In this document: positions 21,647 to 30,983 of the stretch, one piece after another | How positions within the stretch are numbered: position 1 is the stretch's first letter | Layout: the number at the start of each line of letters is the position of its first letter | Translations under genes and position numbers: made by a program | Assembly (NCBI GenBank): GCA_963732875.1 | Contig: CAVTBD010000002.1 | Location: 257,063 to 321,062, forward strand | Reading direction: 5' to 3' | From: an uncultured Alphaproteobacteria bacterium | GTDB taxonomy: Bacteria; Pseudomonadota; Alphaproteobacteria; SMXQ01 | Length of the DNA stretch: 64,000 nucleotides | Notes under the pieces: generated by a model | Database searches by the model: none | What the model saw: only the letters and a program-made list of their open reading frames with translations | What the model was told of the DNA's origin: nothing

Positions 21647-23368
21647 CTATTGCGGGCCTGACGTGGCGGCGTCCGGAACCGGATGGTTGGTGATGGCGAC
21701 CGCGCGCGCGGTCCTGCCGAGCACGTAGACCGGTCCTGGCAGTTCGCCCCGCAGGCGCTGGAACCGACGCCGGTCCATCACCGCGAACATGCGCTCTTTG
21801 CTGTTCCAGCGCTTCCAGAAGGTTTCGCGTTTGAGCAGGATGCCGCTCACGTCCTCTTGGCTCGCGCCGAACTCGAATTCGCCCATGATGCCGACGAAGG
21901 CGACCTTGCGCCGCAGGTAGACCGGCAGGTCGTAATAGAGGCCGTAGTAGTTCACCACCGTGTCGCCGGGCCGTAGGTGGGTGGCGATCATGCGCGCAAG
22001 GGGCTTGACCGAGTAGGGATCGGCCTTAGCCGCGATCAGGCCGATGGTGCTCCATCCGACCAGGACCGTCAGCAGGGCTGCGGCGATGGCGCCGCCAGGG
22101 CGGCGCTTGCGGTGCAGCCAGAGCGCGGCCAGCGCGCCTGCCGCGAACACGATGGCGGTGGCGATCGCGAGCGGCGCCACCATCGGCCCGTAGAGCTTGA
22201 CTGCGGGCAGGTTGCGCAGGGCCGGCACCAGGTAGACCGCGGGCACGGCAATTGCTAGCGCGCCGAACACCCCCGCGAACAGCACCGGCCCGGCGGTCAG
22301 GCGGCTCTGGGATTCGCCCGTAAGCGCCGGGGCCAGGGCGTGCCCGGTCAGGATCGCCAGCGCCGGGAAGATCGGCAGGATGTAGGTGATGAGCTTCGAG
22401 TTGGAAAGCGAGAAGAACAGGAAGATGAACGCGATCCAGACCAGCAGGAACAGCTCGACCGGGCGTTCGCCGCGCGCGCGCCAGCGCCGCGGCAGCGACC
22501 GGACGAGACCATGCAGCATGTAGCCCGTCCACGGCAGGAATCCGAGAAGCACCACGGCGAAATAGAACCAGAACGGCTGGTCGCGATTGTGAATTTCCGT
22601 CGTGTAGCGCAGGAAATGCTCGTGCACGAAATAGAACCACAGGAAGTCGTGGTTGCGAAGTGCCGCCATCACGTGCCACGGCACGGCAATCGCCACGAAC
22701 AGCGCCAGGCCGCTCGGGATCAGGAGCGCGGGCACCAGGCGCCATCGGCCGGTGAGCGCGATCCAGACCAGGCCGACGGCACCGGGCAGCGCAAGGCCGA
22801 TCAGTCCCTTGGCGAGGCAGGCCAGTGCAGCGGCGACGTAGGTTGCGCGGAAGTACCAGATCTGTCTTCGCCGGTCCGGTTCCTCGGCGCCGAACAGGAA
22901 CGCGAACAGGGTCGCGGCAATCAGCGCGCTGACGGCGATGTCGATGGTGACGAAGCGCGACAGGCCGTAGTAGAGGAGGGCAGTGGCGAGCACCAGCGCC
23001 GACGCTATCCCGGCGGGCCGGCCGTAGAAACGGCGCGCGGCGGCGAAGGTCATGGCGATGCCGGCGAGGCCGAACAGCACCGGCCATATCCTCATGGTGA
23101 ATTCCGAGATTCCGAGCAGCTTGATGGTGCCTGCCTGTAGCCAATAGAACAGCGGTGGCTTCTCGAAATACAGGATTCCCTCGAGGCGCGGCAGCACGTA
23201 GTCGCCGGTCGCCACCATCTCGCGCGGAATCTCGATGTAGCGCCCCTCGTCGGGCGAGGACAGATTGCGGGCGCCGAGGACGAAGAACAGGAACACCGAT
23301 GACAGCGCGAGCACGACGAACAGCGCTCGCCACGGATTCCTACCGATACTGTCGATCAGGTTCTTCAC
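21647..23368 (-). CDS. arnT: 4-amino-4-deoxy-L-arabinose (L-Ara4N) transferase, ArnT/PMT-family glycosyltransferase (GT83-like)
   Basis: GTG at 23368 overlaps the stop of the formyltransferase gene (GTGA). Polytopic protein with SPDEGRYIEIPREMVATGDYVLPRLEGILYFEKPPLFYWLQA (the DE...YFEKPPL signature of ArnT-like enzymes). The first 251 codons of track ORF 21647..24121 are out-of-frame read-through. Confidence 0.8.
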   Translation of the reverse strand: MKNLIDSIGRNPWRALFVVLALSSVFLFFVLGARNLSSPDEGRYIEIPREMVATGDYVLPRLEGILYFEKPPLFYWLQAGTIKLLGISEFTMRIWPVLFGLAGIAMTFAAARRFYGRPAGIASALVLATALLYYGLSRFVTIDIAVSALIAATLFAFLFGAEEPDRRRQIWYFRATYVAAALACLAKGLIGLALPGAVGLVWIALTGRWRLVPALLIPSGLALFVAIAVPWHVMAALRNHDFLWFYFVHEHFLRYTTEIHNRDQPFWFYFAVVLLGFLPWTGYMLHGLVRSLPRRWRARGERPVELFLLVWIAFIFLFFSLSNSKLITYILPIFPALAILTGHALAPALTGESQSRLTAGPVLFAGVFGALAIAVPAVYLVPALRNLPAVKLYGPMVAPLAIATAIVFAAGALAALWLHRKRRPGGAIAAALLTVLVGWSTIGLIAAKADPYSVKPLARMIATHLRPGDTVVNYYGLYYDLPVYLRRKVAFVGIMGEFEFGASQEDVSGILLKRETFWKRWNSKERMFAVMDRRRFQRLRGELPGPVYVLGRTARAVAITNHPVPDAATSGPQ

Positions 23369-24291
23369 GCTTGCTCCCGTCCCAGCACCATACCCTCGCG
23401 AATATCTCGCCGCACGGCGGCACTGGCCGCGTCGGGCGTCTCGTCCGCTCGGCCGAACCGGGAAATCTCCACTGCGCCGGTGCCGGCCGCCACGACCAGC
23501 GGCGCGCACGAGAGCACGGTTCCCGGGGCGCCGTTTCCCGCGGTGGCCGTCGCTTGCCACACCATCAGTTGCTTGCCTGAGAGATCGGTGAAGGCGCCGG
23601 GATAGGGCGGGGCCACGGCACGCACCAGGTTGACGATCGCGCGGGCGTCCATGGTCCAGTCGATGCGTCCGTCCTCGGGCCGGCGTCCGCCGAAATAGCT
23701 GGCCTTGCTCTCGTCCTGTGGGATGCGCGGCGCGCGGCCCGCCTTGAGGTTGTCGATCTGGCGCTCGAGCACGCGCACGGCCGCGGGCGCGAGTCGTTCC
23801 ATGACCTCGCCGGCGGTATCGGTTGGGCCGATCGCCACCGGTTCCTGGTCGACGATGTCGCCGGCATCCGCCTTCTTGACCATGACATGGAGCGTGACGC
23901 CGGTCTCGGGCTCGCCGTGCAGCACGGCCCAGTTGACCGGCGCCCGGCCGCGGTATTTGGGCAGGAGCGAGCCGTGCATGTTGAAGGCGCCGCGCGCGGC
24001 CTGGTCGAGGATCGCCATCGGGATCATGCGCCGGTAATAGAACGAGAAGATCAGCGACGGGGCGAGGTGCGCCACGATGTCTCCGACGTCGGGGCCGTCG
24101 GCGGGCTCGACGGTATGGCACGGCACGTCGTATTCGCGGGCGAGCCGCGCGCAGGAGCCGAACCAGAGCTGCTCGCCGGGGGCGTCCTCATGGGTGAACA
24201 GGGCTTCGACGCGCTCGCCGTGGCGCAGCAGGAATTCGAGGCACGCGTAGCCGACCTGGCTATAGGCGAAGACGACGATCCCGCCGCTCAC
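23365..24291 (-). CDS. arnA: UDP-4-amino-4-deoxy-L-arabinose formyltransferase (stand-alone ArnA N-terminal domain)
   Basis: 308 aa formyltransferase fold: NMHGSLLPKYRGRAPVNWAVLHGE.ETGVTLH.M....D.G.IV. GTG start overlaps the arnC stop. Confidence 0.85.
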   Translation of the reverse strand: MSGGIVVFAYSQVGYACLEFLLRHGERVEALFTHEDAPGEQLWFGSCARLAREYDVPCHTVEPADGPDVGDIVAHLAPSLIFSFYYRRMIPMAILDQAARGAFNMHGSLLPKYRGRAPVNWAVLHGEPETGVTLHVMVKKADAGDIVDQEPVAIGPTDTAGEVMERLAPAAVRVLERQIDNLKAGRAPRIPQDESKASYFGGRRPEDGRIDWTMDARAIVNLVRAVAPPYPGAFTDLSGKQLMVWQATATAGNGAPGTVLSCAPLVVAAGTGAVEISRFGRADETPDAASAAVRRDIREGMVLGREQA

Positions 24292-25256
24292 GGGTCGGAT
24301 TTTTCCTGGTGGATCGTGCGGATGCGGAAGCGGCCCCGGCTGCGCACCTGCAGGTAGATACGCCCGACATATTCACCGACGATGCCGAGGCCGGTGATCA
24401 TCACGCCGATCAGGAAGAACAGGATCGTGAAGAGGGTGAACAGGCCTTCGACCTCGGGGCCGATGAAGATACGCCTGAGCGCCATGTAGGCGACCAGCAC
24501 GAGGCTGAGCGCGGAGACCACCATGCCGAACAGTGTGAAGACCTGCAGGGGCACCAGGCTGAAGCCGGTCATCAGATCGAAGTTGAGGCGGATCAGCCGG
24601 TACAGGTTGTAGTTCGACTTGCCGGCGTGGCGGGCCGCGTGCGCGACCTCGACCTCGGCGGGATTCGCGGCGTAGTACTGCGCGAGGGCCGGGATGAAGG
24701 TGGAGGTCTCGCCGCTGTCGACGATCTCCTGGACGATCGCGCGCCGGTAGGCACGCAGCATGCAGCCCTGGTCGCGGATCTCGATGCCGGTGATGGCCGC
24801 TCTGATCCGGTTGACGATAAGCGACGGCCAGCGGCGCAGGAAGCTGTCCTTGCGGTCGCGGCGGTAGCCGCCGACCACGTCATGGCCCTGGTCGATCAGG
24901 GCGAGCAGTTTGGGGATTTCCTCCGGCGGGTTCTGCAGGTCGGCATCGAGGGTCACGATCACGGTGCCGCGCGATTGCTCGAATCCGGCCATGACCGCCA
25001 TGTGTTGGCCATAGTTGCGGTCGAACTCGATGACCCGCACGCAGTCGGGGCGGCGCCCTTGTAGCTCCACCAGGATGTCCCGCGAGCGATCCCGGCTGCC
25101 GTCGTCGATGAAGATGATCTCGGCGCTCCGCTCCATGCTGTCCACGACCGCGATCAGCCGGTCGAATAGGGTCGGAAGGTTCGCCGCCTCGTTGTAGACG
25201 GGAATCACGATGCTGACGTCGGGGACGGCACGGGAGAGGGTGGCGGCTTCGCTCAT
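24288..25256 (-). CDS. arnC: Undecaprenyl-phosphate 4-deoxy-4-formamido-L-arabinose transferase (GT2)
   Basis: 322 aa, VSIVIPVYNEAANL...IIFIDDGSRDRS...NYGQHMAVMAGF...VTLDADLQNPPEEIPKLL, with two C-terminal TM helices. ATGA overlap with arnB. Confidence 0.85.
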   Translation of the reverse strand: MSEAATLSRAVPDVSIVIPVYNEAANLPTLFDRLIAVVDSMERSAEIIFIDDGSRDRSRDILVELQGRRPDCVRVIEFDRNYGQHMAVMAGFEQSRGTVIVTLDADLQNPPEEIPKLLALIDQGHDVVGGYRRDRKDSFLRRWPSLIVNRIRAAITGIEIRDQGCMLRAYRRAIVQEIVDSGETSTFIPALAQYYAANPAEVEVAHAARHAGKSNYNLYRLIRLNFDLMTGFSLVPLQVFTLFGMVVSALSLVLVAYMALRRIFIGPEVEGLFTLFTILFFLIGVMITGLGIVGEYVGRIYLQVRSRGRFRIRTIHQEKSDP

Positions 25257-26419
25257 GGGGCACCGAAGACGTCGTCGAGCGCAGCGATGACCCTTCGGAA
25301 GTCGGCGTCGATCATGTCGGGGAACAGCGGCAGGCTGACGATCCGGGCGCCGATCCGCTCGGCTTCCGGGAATTGCCCTTCATGGAATCCGAACCGCTCC
25401 CGGTAGTAGGTGAACAGGTGCGACACCGCATAGTGGATGCCGATGCCGATGCCGTGCCGCTTCATGGCATCGACGAAGCCGTCGCGGTCGAGTCCCGTGC
25501 CTGGGTCGAGCACGGCGGTCAGGAGATGCCAGGCGTGCCTGTGCGCGTACGACGGTGTCCGGGGCAGGCTGAGGTAGTTGCGTCCTGCAAGCGCGTCATA
25601 ATAGCGCGCCGCCATGGCGCGCCGGCGCTCGATGAAGCCGTCGAGCTTGGGGAGCTGATGCAGGCCCATCGCCGCCTGGATGTCCATCATGTTGTACTTG
25701 TAGCCGGGCGCGACCACGTCGTAGTTCTGTGAGCCCGACTTCGTGAAGCGGCTGAAGGCATCGCGGTCGATGCCGTGAAACCGCATGATCTCGACCCGGC
25801 GCAGCAACTCCGCATCGCGCGAGACGACGGCGCCGCCTTCTCCGGTCGTCATGTTCTTGTTGGGATGGAAGCTGAAGACCTGGGTGTCGCCGAAACCGCC
25901 GATCTTGCGGCCCTTGTATTCGGCGCCGATGGCATGGGCGCAGTCCTCGACGACGCGGAGGTTCCTCGATTCCGCCAACTCGTACAGGGGATCGAGGTCG
26001 ACCGGCAGGCCGGCGAAATGCACCGGCACGATGGCGCGGGTTCTGCCGGTTATCGCACTCTCGAGACGGTTCACGTCCATGTTGAGGGTGGCCGGGTCGA
26101 CGTCCACCAGAACCGGCGTGCCGCCGGCCAGCACGATGGTATTGAGCGTGGCGACGAAGGTCAGCGGCGTGGTGATCACCTCGTCTCCGGGCTTGAAATC
26201 CAGCGCGGCCAGAGCAAGGTGCAGGCCGGCCGTCGCCGACGACACCGCCAATGCCCTGGGACGCCCCAGGTAGTCGGCGATCGCCCCTTCGAATCGCTGG
26301 GCGCGGGGGCCGGTCGTGAGCCAGCCGGATTCCAGGCAGGCCTGGACCTCGCGGTATTCGCCATCGTCGAGCGAAGGCCGGGCGAAAGAAAGAAAGGGCT
26401 GTTCCGAAGTATCGGTCAC
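25253..26419 (-). CDS. arnB: UDP-4-amino-4-deoxy-L-arabinose--oxoglutarate aminotransferase (DegT/DnrJ/EryC1 family)
   Basis: 388 aa. PLP aminotransferase with the FSFHPNKNMTTGEGG lysine motif. GTG start. Confidence 0.88.
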   Translation of the reverse strand: MTDTSEQPFLSFARPSLDDGEYREVQACLESGWLTTGPRAQRFEGAIADYLGRPRALAVSSATAGLHLALAALDFKPGDEVITTPLTFVATLNTIVLAGGTPVLVDVDPATLNMDVNRLESAITGRTRAIVPVHFAGLPVDLDPLYELAESRNLRVVEDCAHAIGAEYKGRKIGGFGDTQVFSFHPNKNMTTGEGGAVVSRDAELLRRVEIMRFHGIDRDAFSRFTKSGSQNYDVVAPGYKYNMMDIQAAMGLHQLPKLDGFIERRRAMAARYYDALAGRNYLSLPRTPSYAHRHAWHLLTAVLDPGTGLDRDGFVDAMKRHGIGIGIHYAVSHLFTYYRERFGFHEGQFPEAERIGARIVSLPLFPDMIDADFRRVIAALDDVFGAP

Positions 26420-26429
26420 GAGGAGCCGC

Positions 26430-26795
26430 CTAGGTTCTCGAAATCAGGTAGACGCCGAATATGATCACGCCGATTCCGGCCACCCGCGTCGGGGTCAGGC
26501 TTTCACCGAAGAAGAAATACGCGAACAGTGCCGTCACGATATAGCCGATCGAGAGCATCGGATAGGCGAAGCTCACCTCCACGCGGGACAGCGCCATCAG
26601 CCACACGCATACGCTCAGCACGTAGAAGCTGAGACCCATCATTACGTAGGGATTCGTGCCGATACGCCAGCTGTGGGCGATCAGGCTGGAGGGCGTGAAG
26701 GCGAAATAGCCGATCTCCCGCATCCCCTGTTTGAGGGCGAGCTGGGCGGCGGCATTGAGCAGCACCCCGGTCAGGATGAGCAGAAGATTCCTCAT
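26430..26795 (-). CDS. Small EamA/SMR-like membrane protein, probable undecaprenyl-phosphate-L-Ara4N flippase subunit (ArnE/ArnF-like)
   Basis: Internal ATG 26795 (ATGA overlap with the arnD stop). 121 aa with 4 predicted TM helices: MRNLLLILTGVLLNAAAQLALKQGM...AYPMLSIGYIVTALFAYFFFGESLT..R..G..VI..GV. The functional call rests on operon context. Confidence 0.65.
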   Translation of the reverse strand: MRNLLLILTGVLLNAAAQLALKQGMREIGYFAFTPSSLIAHSWRIGTNPYVMMGLSFYVLSVCVWLMALSRVEVSFAYPMLSIGYIVTALFAYFFFGESLTPTRVAGIGVIIFGVYLISRT

Positions 26796-27742
26796 ATCGC
26801 CGCGGCCCTTTCGGTGGTGCTCGGGGGGTGGGAAAGGGGCGCGCCCTGGACGGCCAGCGTGCCGCTTCGCCCGTCCACGGTTCCCGTGGTCATTGCCATG
26901 ACAGGCACGTTCTCGGGCCGCCGCCGGCACCGTTCCGCCTCATCGGCCAGGCAAACGAGGCGAACCCCGTTACGGCGGATGGTATCGAGGAACGGCCCGA
27001 ACCAGTCGCCGAACGCCATGCCCTCGATTTCGGCATGGACGGTCATGACGTTGAGGGCGCCCTCCTTCATCCAGCGGAGGTAGCAGTCGACCAGGCGGTT
27101 CACCGGGTATTCCGGCCGGCCGAGCAGTTCGTCCAGGGTCGGCAGGGTGGTGGGCACCTGCAGGGTACGGAATGTCCGGCCGTTGACGCTCGGAAAGAAG
27201 GGCCCGATACCGCGGGCGTCGCTCGCGTAATCGAGCCCCGCCTCATCGTAGGCCGCCAGGCTCCACTGGTTGGCCTGCCAGCCGGCCGCGCCGGCGGTCT
27301 TCGCCGGAAAGCCGAACACCCGTTCGAAGGCGGTACGGGCACGTCCGAACTCTGCCTTCACCTCGTCGCGCGTCATGCGGGCGAGCTTGTCCTGCCAGTA
27401 GATATGGTCCCAGCAGTGGATGCCGACCTCGAAGCCGGCATCGGCAACCGCGCGCAGCTCGTCCGCGTGACGTTCCGCGATCCGCGGTCCCGGCCACAGC
27501 ACGCCGTTCATCAGGGTGCGCAGGCCGTAGGTGCCGATCACGTTGGTGCGGCGGACCTTCTTCAGAAAGCCGGGACGGAAGATGCGGCGGATGGCGCGCC
27601 CGGTGTTGTCGGGACCGAGTGCGAACAGGAAGGTGGCGGGAATTCCGCGTTCCTTGAGCAGGCGCCGCAGGAACGGGACGCCTTCCTTCGTGCCGCGCGC
27701 CGAATCGACGTCGATCTTGATCGCGAGGCGGCAGCCGCTCAC
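26792..27742 (-). CDS. arnD: 4-deoxy-4-formamido-L-arabinose-phosphoundecaprenol deformylase (polysaccharide deacetylase family)
   Basis: GTG at 27742 (GTGA overlap with the upstream gene). LAIKIDVDSARGTKEGVPFLRRLLKERGIPATFLF..GPD..G...EVGIHCWDH. The upstream 230 codons of track ORF 26792..28432 are out-of-frame. Confidence 0.8.
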   Translation of the reverse strand: MSGCRLAIKIDVDSARGTKEGVPFLRRLLKERGIPATFLFALGPDNTGRAIRRIFRPGFLKKVRRTNVIGTYGLRTLMNGVLWPGPRIAERHADELRAVADAGFEVGIHCWDHIYWQDKLARMTRDEVKAEFGRARTAFERVFGFPAKTAGAAGWQANQWSLAAYDEAGLDYASDARGIGPFFPSVNGRTFRTLQVPTTLPTLDELLGRPEYPVNRLVDCYLRWMKEGALNVMTVHAEIEGMAFGDWFGPFLDTIRRNGVRLVCLADEAERCRRRPENVPVMAMTTGTVDGRSGTLAVQGAPLSHPPSTTERAAAI

Positions 27743-28806
27743 GCCACGATCTCCTTGCCGCCTCCCGCGTCCTGCTCCTGGGCGCGCAGCTCGCGGATGT
27801 AGAAATCCACGGTCTGTTCGATCGCGCGGCGCAGGCTTGTCTTCGGCTCCCAGCCCAGACAGGTCCTGGCGGCTTCGATGGAGGGCACGCGCAGCAGCAT
27901 GTCCTGGTATCCCTCGCCGTAATATTCCTCCGACGGGATTTCTACCAGGTTGACGCGTTTGCGGATGTCCTCGTAGCCCGTGTAGGCCGACGCGACATCG
28001 AGCAGCAGGTCGGCGAGCTCGCGTATGGAGAGCTCGCCCTCGGGACTTCCGATATTGAAGATACGGCCGTCGGCGACACCGTCCTTGTTCTCCAGAATGC
28101 GCAGGACCGCGTCGACGGCATCGTCGATATAGAGGAAGCAACGCTTCTGGCTGCCGCCATCCACTAGATAAATATCGTTGCCGCGCAGCACATTGCCGAG
28201 CAGCTGGGTCAGGACCCGCGAGCTGCCTTCCTTGGAGGTCATGATGCTGTCGAGGCCCGGTCCGATCCAGTTGAACGGACGGATCAGGGTGTATTGAAGC
28301 TGGCCCTTGAGCCCGTAGGCGTGGATCACGCGGTCGAGCAGCTGCTTGGAGCAGGAATAGATCCAGCGCTGCTTGTTGATCGGGCCGAGCACTAGATTGC
28401 TGGTCTCCTCGTCGAACTCGGCGTCCGGACACATGCCGTAGACCTCGGAGGTGGACGGGAAGATGACGCGCTTCCGGTACTTCACGCAGTAGCGGATAAT
28501 CTGGAGGTTGGCCTCGAAATCGAGCTCGAACACGCGCAGCGGATCGCTGACATAGACCGCGGGCGTGGCGATCGCCACCAGCGGCAGCACCACGTCACAT
28601 TTGCGGACGTGGTATTCGACCCACTCGCGGTTGATGGTGATGTCGCCTTCGACGAAGTGGAAGCGGGGATCGTCGAGGCATCCCCCGAGCTTGTCGGACT
28701 GGAGATCCATCCCGTAGATGGACCAGTCGCGGCGGCGCAGGATCGCCTCGCTCAGATTGCTTCCGATGAAGCCGTTGACACCAAGGATAAGGACACTGAG
28801 GCTCAC
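27739..28806 (-). CDS. arnA: UDP-glucuronate oxidative decarboxylase (stand-alone ArnA C-terminal dehydrogenase domain, SDR/NAD-dependent)
   Basis: 355 aa, VLILGVNGFIGSNL (Rossmann fold), STSEVYG, YSCSKQLLDRV (YxxxK), ..RPFNWIGP. Very similar in pattern to ArnA_DH. First gene of the operon. Confidence 0.88.
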   Translation of the reverse strand: MSLSVLILGVNGFIGSNLSEAILRRRDWSIYGMDLQSDKLGGCLDDPRFHFVEGDITINREWVEYHVRKCDVVLPLVAIATPAVYVSDPLRVFELDFEANLQIIRYCVKYRKRVIFPSTSEVYGMCPDAEFDEETSNLVLGPINKQRWIYSCSKQLLDRVIHAYGLKGQLQYTLIRPFNWIGPGLDSIMTSKEGSSRVLTQLLGNVLRGNDIYLVDGGSQKRCFLYIDDAVDAVLRILENKDGVADGRIFNIGSPEGELSIRELADLLLDVASAYTGYEDIRKRVNLVEIPSEEYYGEGYQDMLLRVPSIEAARTCLGWEPKTSLRRAIEQTVDFYIRELRAQEQDAGGGKEIVA

Positions 28807-29027
28807 GGGGCAGTGCTTCTTTTATTTTTGAATGGATCGTGCCCGAGCCGAAGGGCCGGGCGTCCGGCCCCAACCAGCCCAAGCGCCCGCGCCGCCCGTA
28901 AGGCGGCGCAAAGCGCGTCGACTTTACAGGCGCGGCGGGTGCTACACAACCGTCATCGCCGGGTTGCTCGAAGTATTGGAAGCGCTGTTTAGAGCGCTTC
29001 CAACCTCTTCCGGGTACGCGTCGGTCG

Positions 29028-30149
29028 TTACTTGAGCATGCGCTGGCGCATGTCCATGTAGCCCTGATCCGCGAGCCGGCCCCAGGCAATCGCTTCCTTC
29101 CGGAACGCGAGGAACGAACGGTAGGTGCGCTTGGTGTAGTCGTCGGCGTTCTCGAGTTCGCCCAGCACCTGCTCGGCAGCCTTGGCAAAAGCCGCCATGA
29201 CGTCTTCCGGAAACTTGCGCAGCTGCACGCCGTGCTGGTCGATCAGAATCTTGAGGGCCTCGCCGTTGCGCCGGTTGAATTCGCCCAGCATGGCGTCGCA
29301 TTCGGCGCGGCAGGCGTTTGTGATCACAGCCTGGAGGTCCTTCGGCAGCGCGTCGTACTTGGCCTTGTTGATGAAGAGTTCCACGGCACTACCGGGCTCG
29401 TGAAAACCGGGCCAGTAATAGTATTTGGCGACCTTGTAGAAGCCGAAGGCAAGATCGTTCCAGGGGCCGACCCATTCGGTGGCGTCGATGCGCCCGGACG
29501 ACAATGCGGGAAAGATATCGCCGCCCGGCAGGTTTTCGGCGACGGCGCCGATCCGGCGCAGTACCTCTCCGCCGAGGCCGGGCATGCGCATCTTGAGGCC
29601 GCGGAAGTCATCGACGGAGTTGACCTCGTGTCGGAACCAACCGCCCATCTGGGAGCCGGTGTTGCCTGCAAGAAATGGCTTGAGGCCAAACTTGGCGTAG
29701 CCTTCGTCGTAGAGTTCCTGGCCGCCGCCATAATGCATCCACGCCGAAAGCTCGGTCGCGGTCAATCCGAACGGGACGCCGGTGAAGAAGTTGAAGGCTT
29801 TTGATTTTCCTTGCCAGTAATAAGCCGCGCCATGGCCCATCTCGGCCGAGCCCTGGGAAACCGCGTCGAACGATTGCAGTGCCGGGACGATACTGCCGGC
29901 GGCATAGACCTTCACGGTGAGACGGCCGTCGCTCATCTCGCCGATACGGGCGGCGAGCCGGTCGGCGCCGGTGCCGAGGCCGGGGAACTTGTCGGGCCAA
30001 GCGGTGACCATCCGCCATTCAATCGGCTTGGCGCGGGTGGCTGGACCCGAGGCGACCCGCTTCGTGGTACCGTCGAGCGCGGCATAGGTGCCGGCGGCGC
30101 CGACCACCAGGCCGGTTGCGGCACCGGCGACGAAGTCGCGACGTTTCAT
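29028..30149 (-). CDS. TRAP transporter substrate-binding protein (DctP-type, Tat-exported)
   Basis: ATG 30149 after AGGAGG. Twin-arginine leader MKRRDFVAGAATGLVVGAAGTYA. WRMVTAWPDKFPGLGTGADRLA..I...S.GRL.V.V....IVPA...FDAV..G..EM is typical of the TRAP mannitol/chloroaromatic-type SBP group. Confidence 0.8.
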   Translation of the reverse strand: MKRRDFVAGAATGLVVGAAGTYAALDGTTKRVASGPATRAKPIEWRMVTAWPDKFPGLGTGADRLAARIGEMSDGRLTVKVYAAGSIVPALQSFDAVSQGSAEMGHGAAYYWQGKSKAFNFFTGVPFGLTATELSAWMHYGGGQELYDEGYAKFGLKPFLAGNTGSQMGGWFRHEVNSVDDFRGLKMRMPGLGGEVLRRIGAVAENLPGGDIFPALSSGRIDATEWVGPWNDLAFGFYKVAKYYYWPGFHEPGSAVELFINKAKYDALPKDLQAVITNACRAECDAMLGEFNRRNGEALKILIDQHGVQLRKFPEDVMAAFAKAAEQVLGELENADDYTKRTYRSFLAFRKEAIAWGRLADQGYMDMRQRMLK

Positions 30150-30214
30150 TCGGGTTGCCTCCTGTTGTTTTGTGCGAGTGTTTTTGTGATTGTCGCTGGA
30201 CGGATGGGCGAATT

Positions 30215-30940
30215 TCACGCCTTGGATACGGGCTCGAACGGTATCCAGCCGTCACTCGGATGAAGCGCCTCGAGCGGGCGGAAGCGCGCCTTGTAGGCCA
30301 TCTTGGGGCTGCGCGCGATCCAGTATCCCAGGTAGATGTAGGCAAGGCCCAGCGAACGCGCGTGTTCGATCAGCCACAGCACCATGTACGTGCCGAGCCC
30401 GTCTCCGGGGCGGTCCGGGTCGAAGAAGCTGTAGACGGCGGAGAGGCCGTCGCTGATGCGGTCGGCGAGCATGACGCCGACAAGGGTGCCGTCGCGGTCG
30501 CGGAATTCCGCGCTGAATGTGTTGACCGGGCTGGTGCGCATCAGTCCCTGGAACTCACGGGCGCTCATGGCGTCCATGCCGCCGCCGCGGTGGCGCGCGA
30601 GCTGGTAGCGCGTGAACAGCGCGAACTGCTCGTCGTCGGCACGCGGCGGGGCGACCGTCACGGAGAGTGCGGCATTGCGACGCGCATTGCGGGCGAGCGA
30701 ACCCTGCGCGGCGAATCCGGCGACGACGATGCGTACCGGCACGCAAGCTTCGCAGCCGGGGCAGGCGGGGCGGTAGATGATGTCGTGGGAGCGCCGGAAT
30801 CCTGCGCGCACGGCGGCATCGTATATATCGCCCGCGTCCGCGACGGCGAGCTCGGCGGCAATGTTGCGTTCTTCCCGTCCCGGCAGATAGGGGCAGGGGC
30901 GCAGGCGTGAACCGAACAACGAGATCGAACGGGCGGACAT
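30215..30940 (-). CDS. bpt: Arginyl/aspartyl-glutamyl leucyl-tRNA--protein transferase (Bpt/ATE family, N-end rule)
   Basis: ATG 30940: ...CPYLPGREERN....L......YD.....GFRRSH...YRPACPGCEACVPVRI......ADR..DGLSAVYSFFDPD....LGTYM.LW.IE.AR.LGL.Y.YLGYWI....KM.YKARFRPLE. Confidence 0.85.
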   Translation of the reverse strand: MSARSISLFGSRLRPCPYLPGREERNIAAELAVADAGDIYDAAVRAGFRRSHDIIYRPACPGCEACVPVRIVVAGFAAQGSLARNARRNAALSVTVAPPRADDEQFALFTRYQLARHRGGGMDAMSAREFQGLMRTSPVNTFSAEFRDRDGTLVGVMLADRISDGLSAVYSFFDPDRPGDGLGTYMVLWLIEHARSLGLAYIYLGYWIARSPKMAYKARFRPLEALHPSDGWIPFEPVSKA

Positions 30941-30983
30941 GGCGGCATTATGACGCCGGAGGCGGGTCCGCGGCAATCGGGCG

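Noticed and set aside
21647-24121. 824-aa ORF suggesting an ArnT with a 250-aa N-terminal extension, and likewise the 546-aa ORF 26792..28432 for ArnD
   Set aside because: The extensions overlap the formyltransferase and dehydrogenase genes in another frame and are Arg/Pro/Gly-rich. Internal GTG starts at 23368 and 27742 form GTGA overlaps with the upstream stops, as at the other junctions of the operon.
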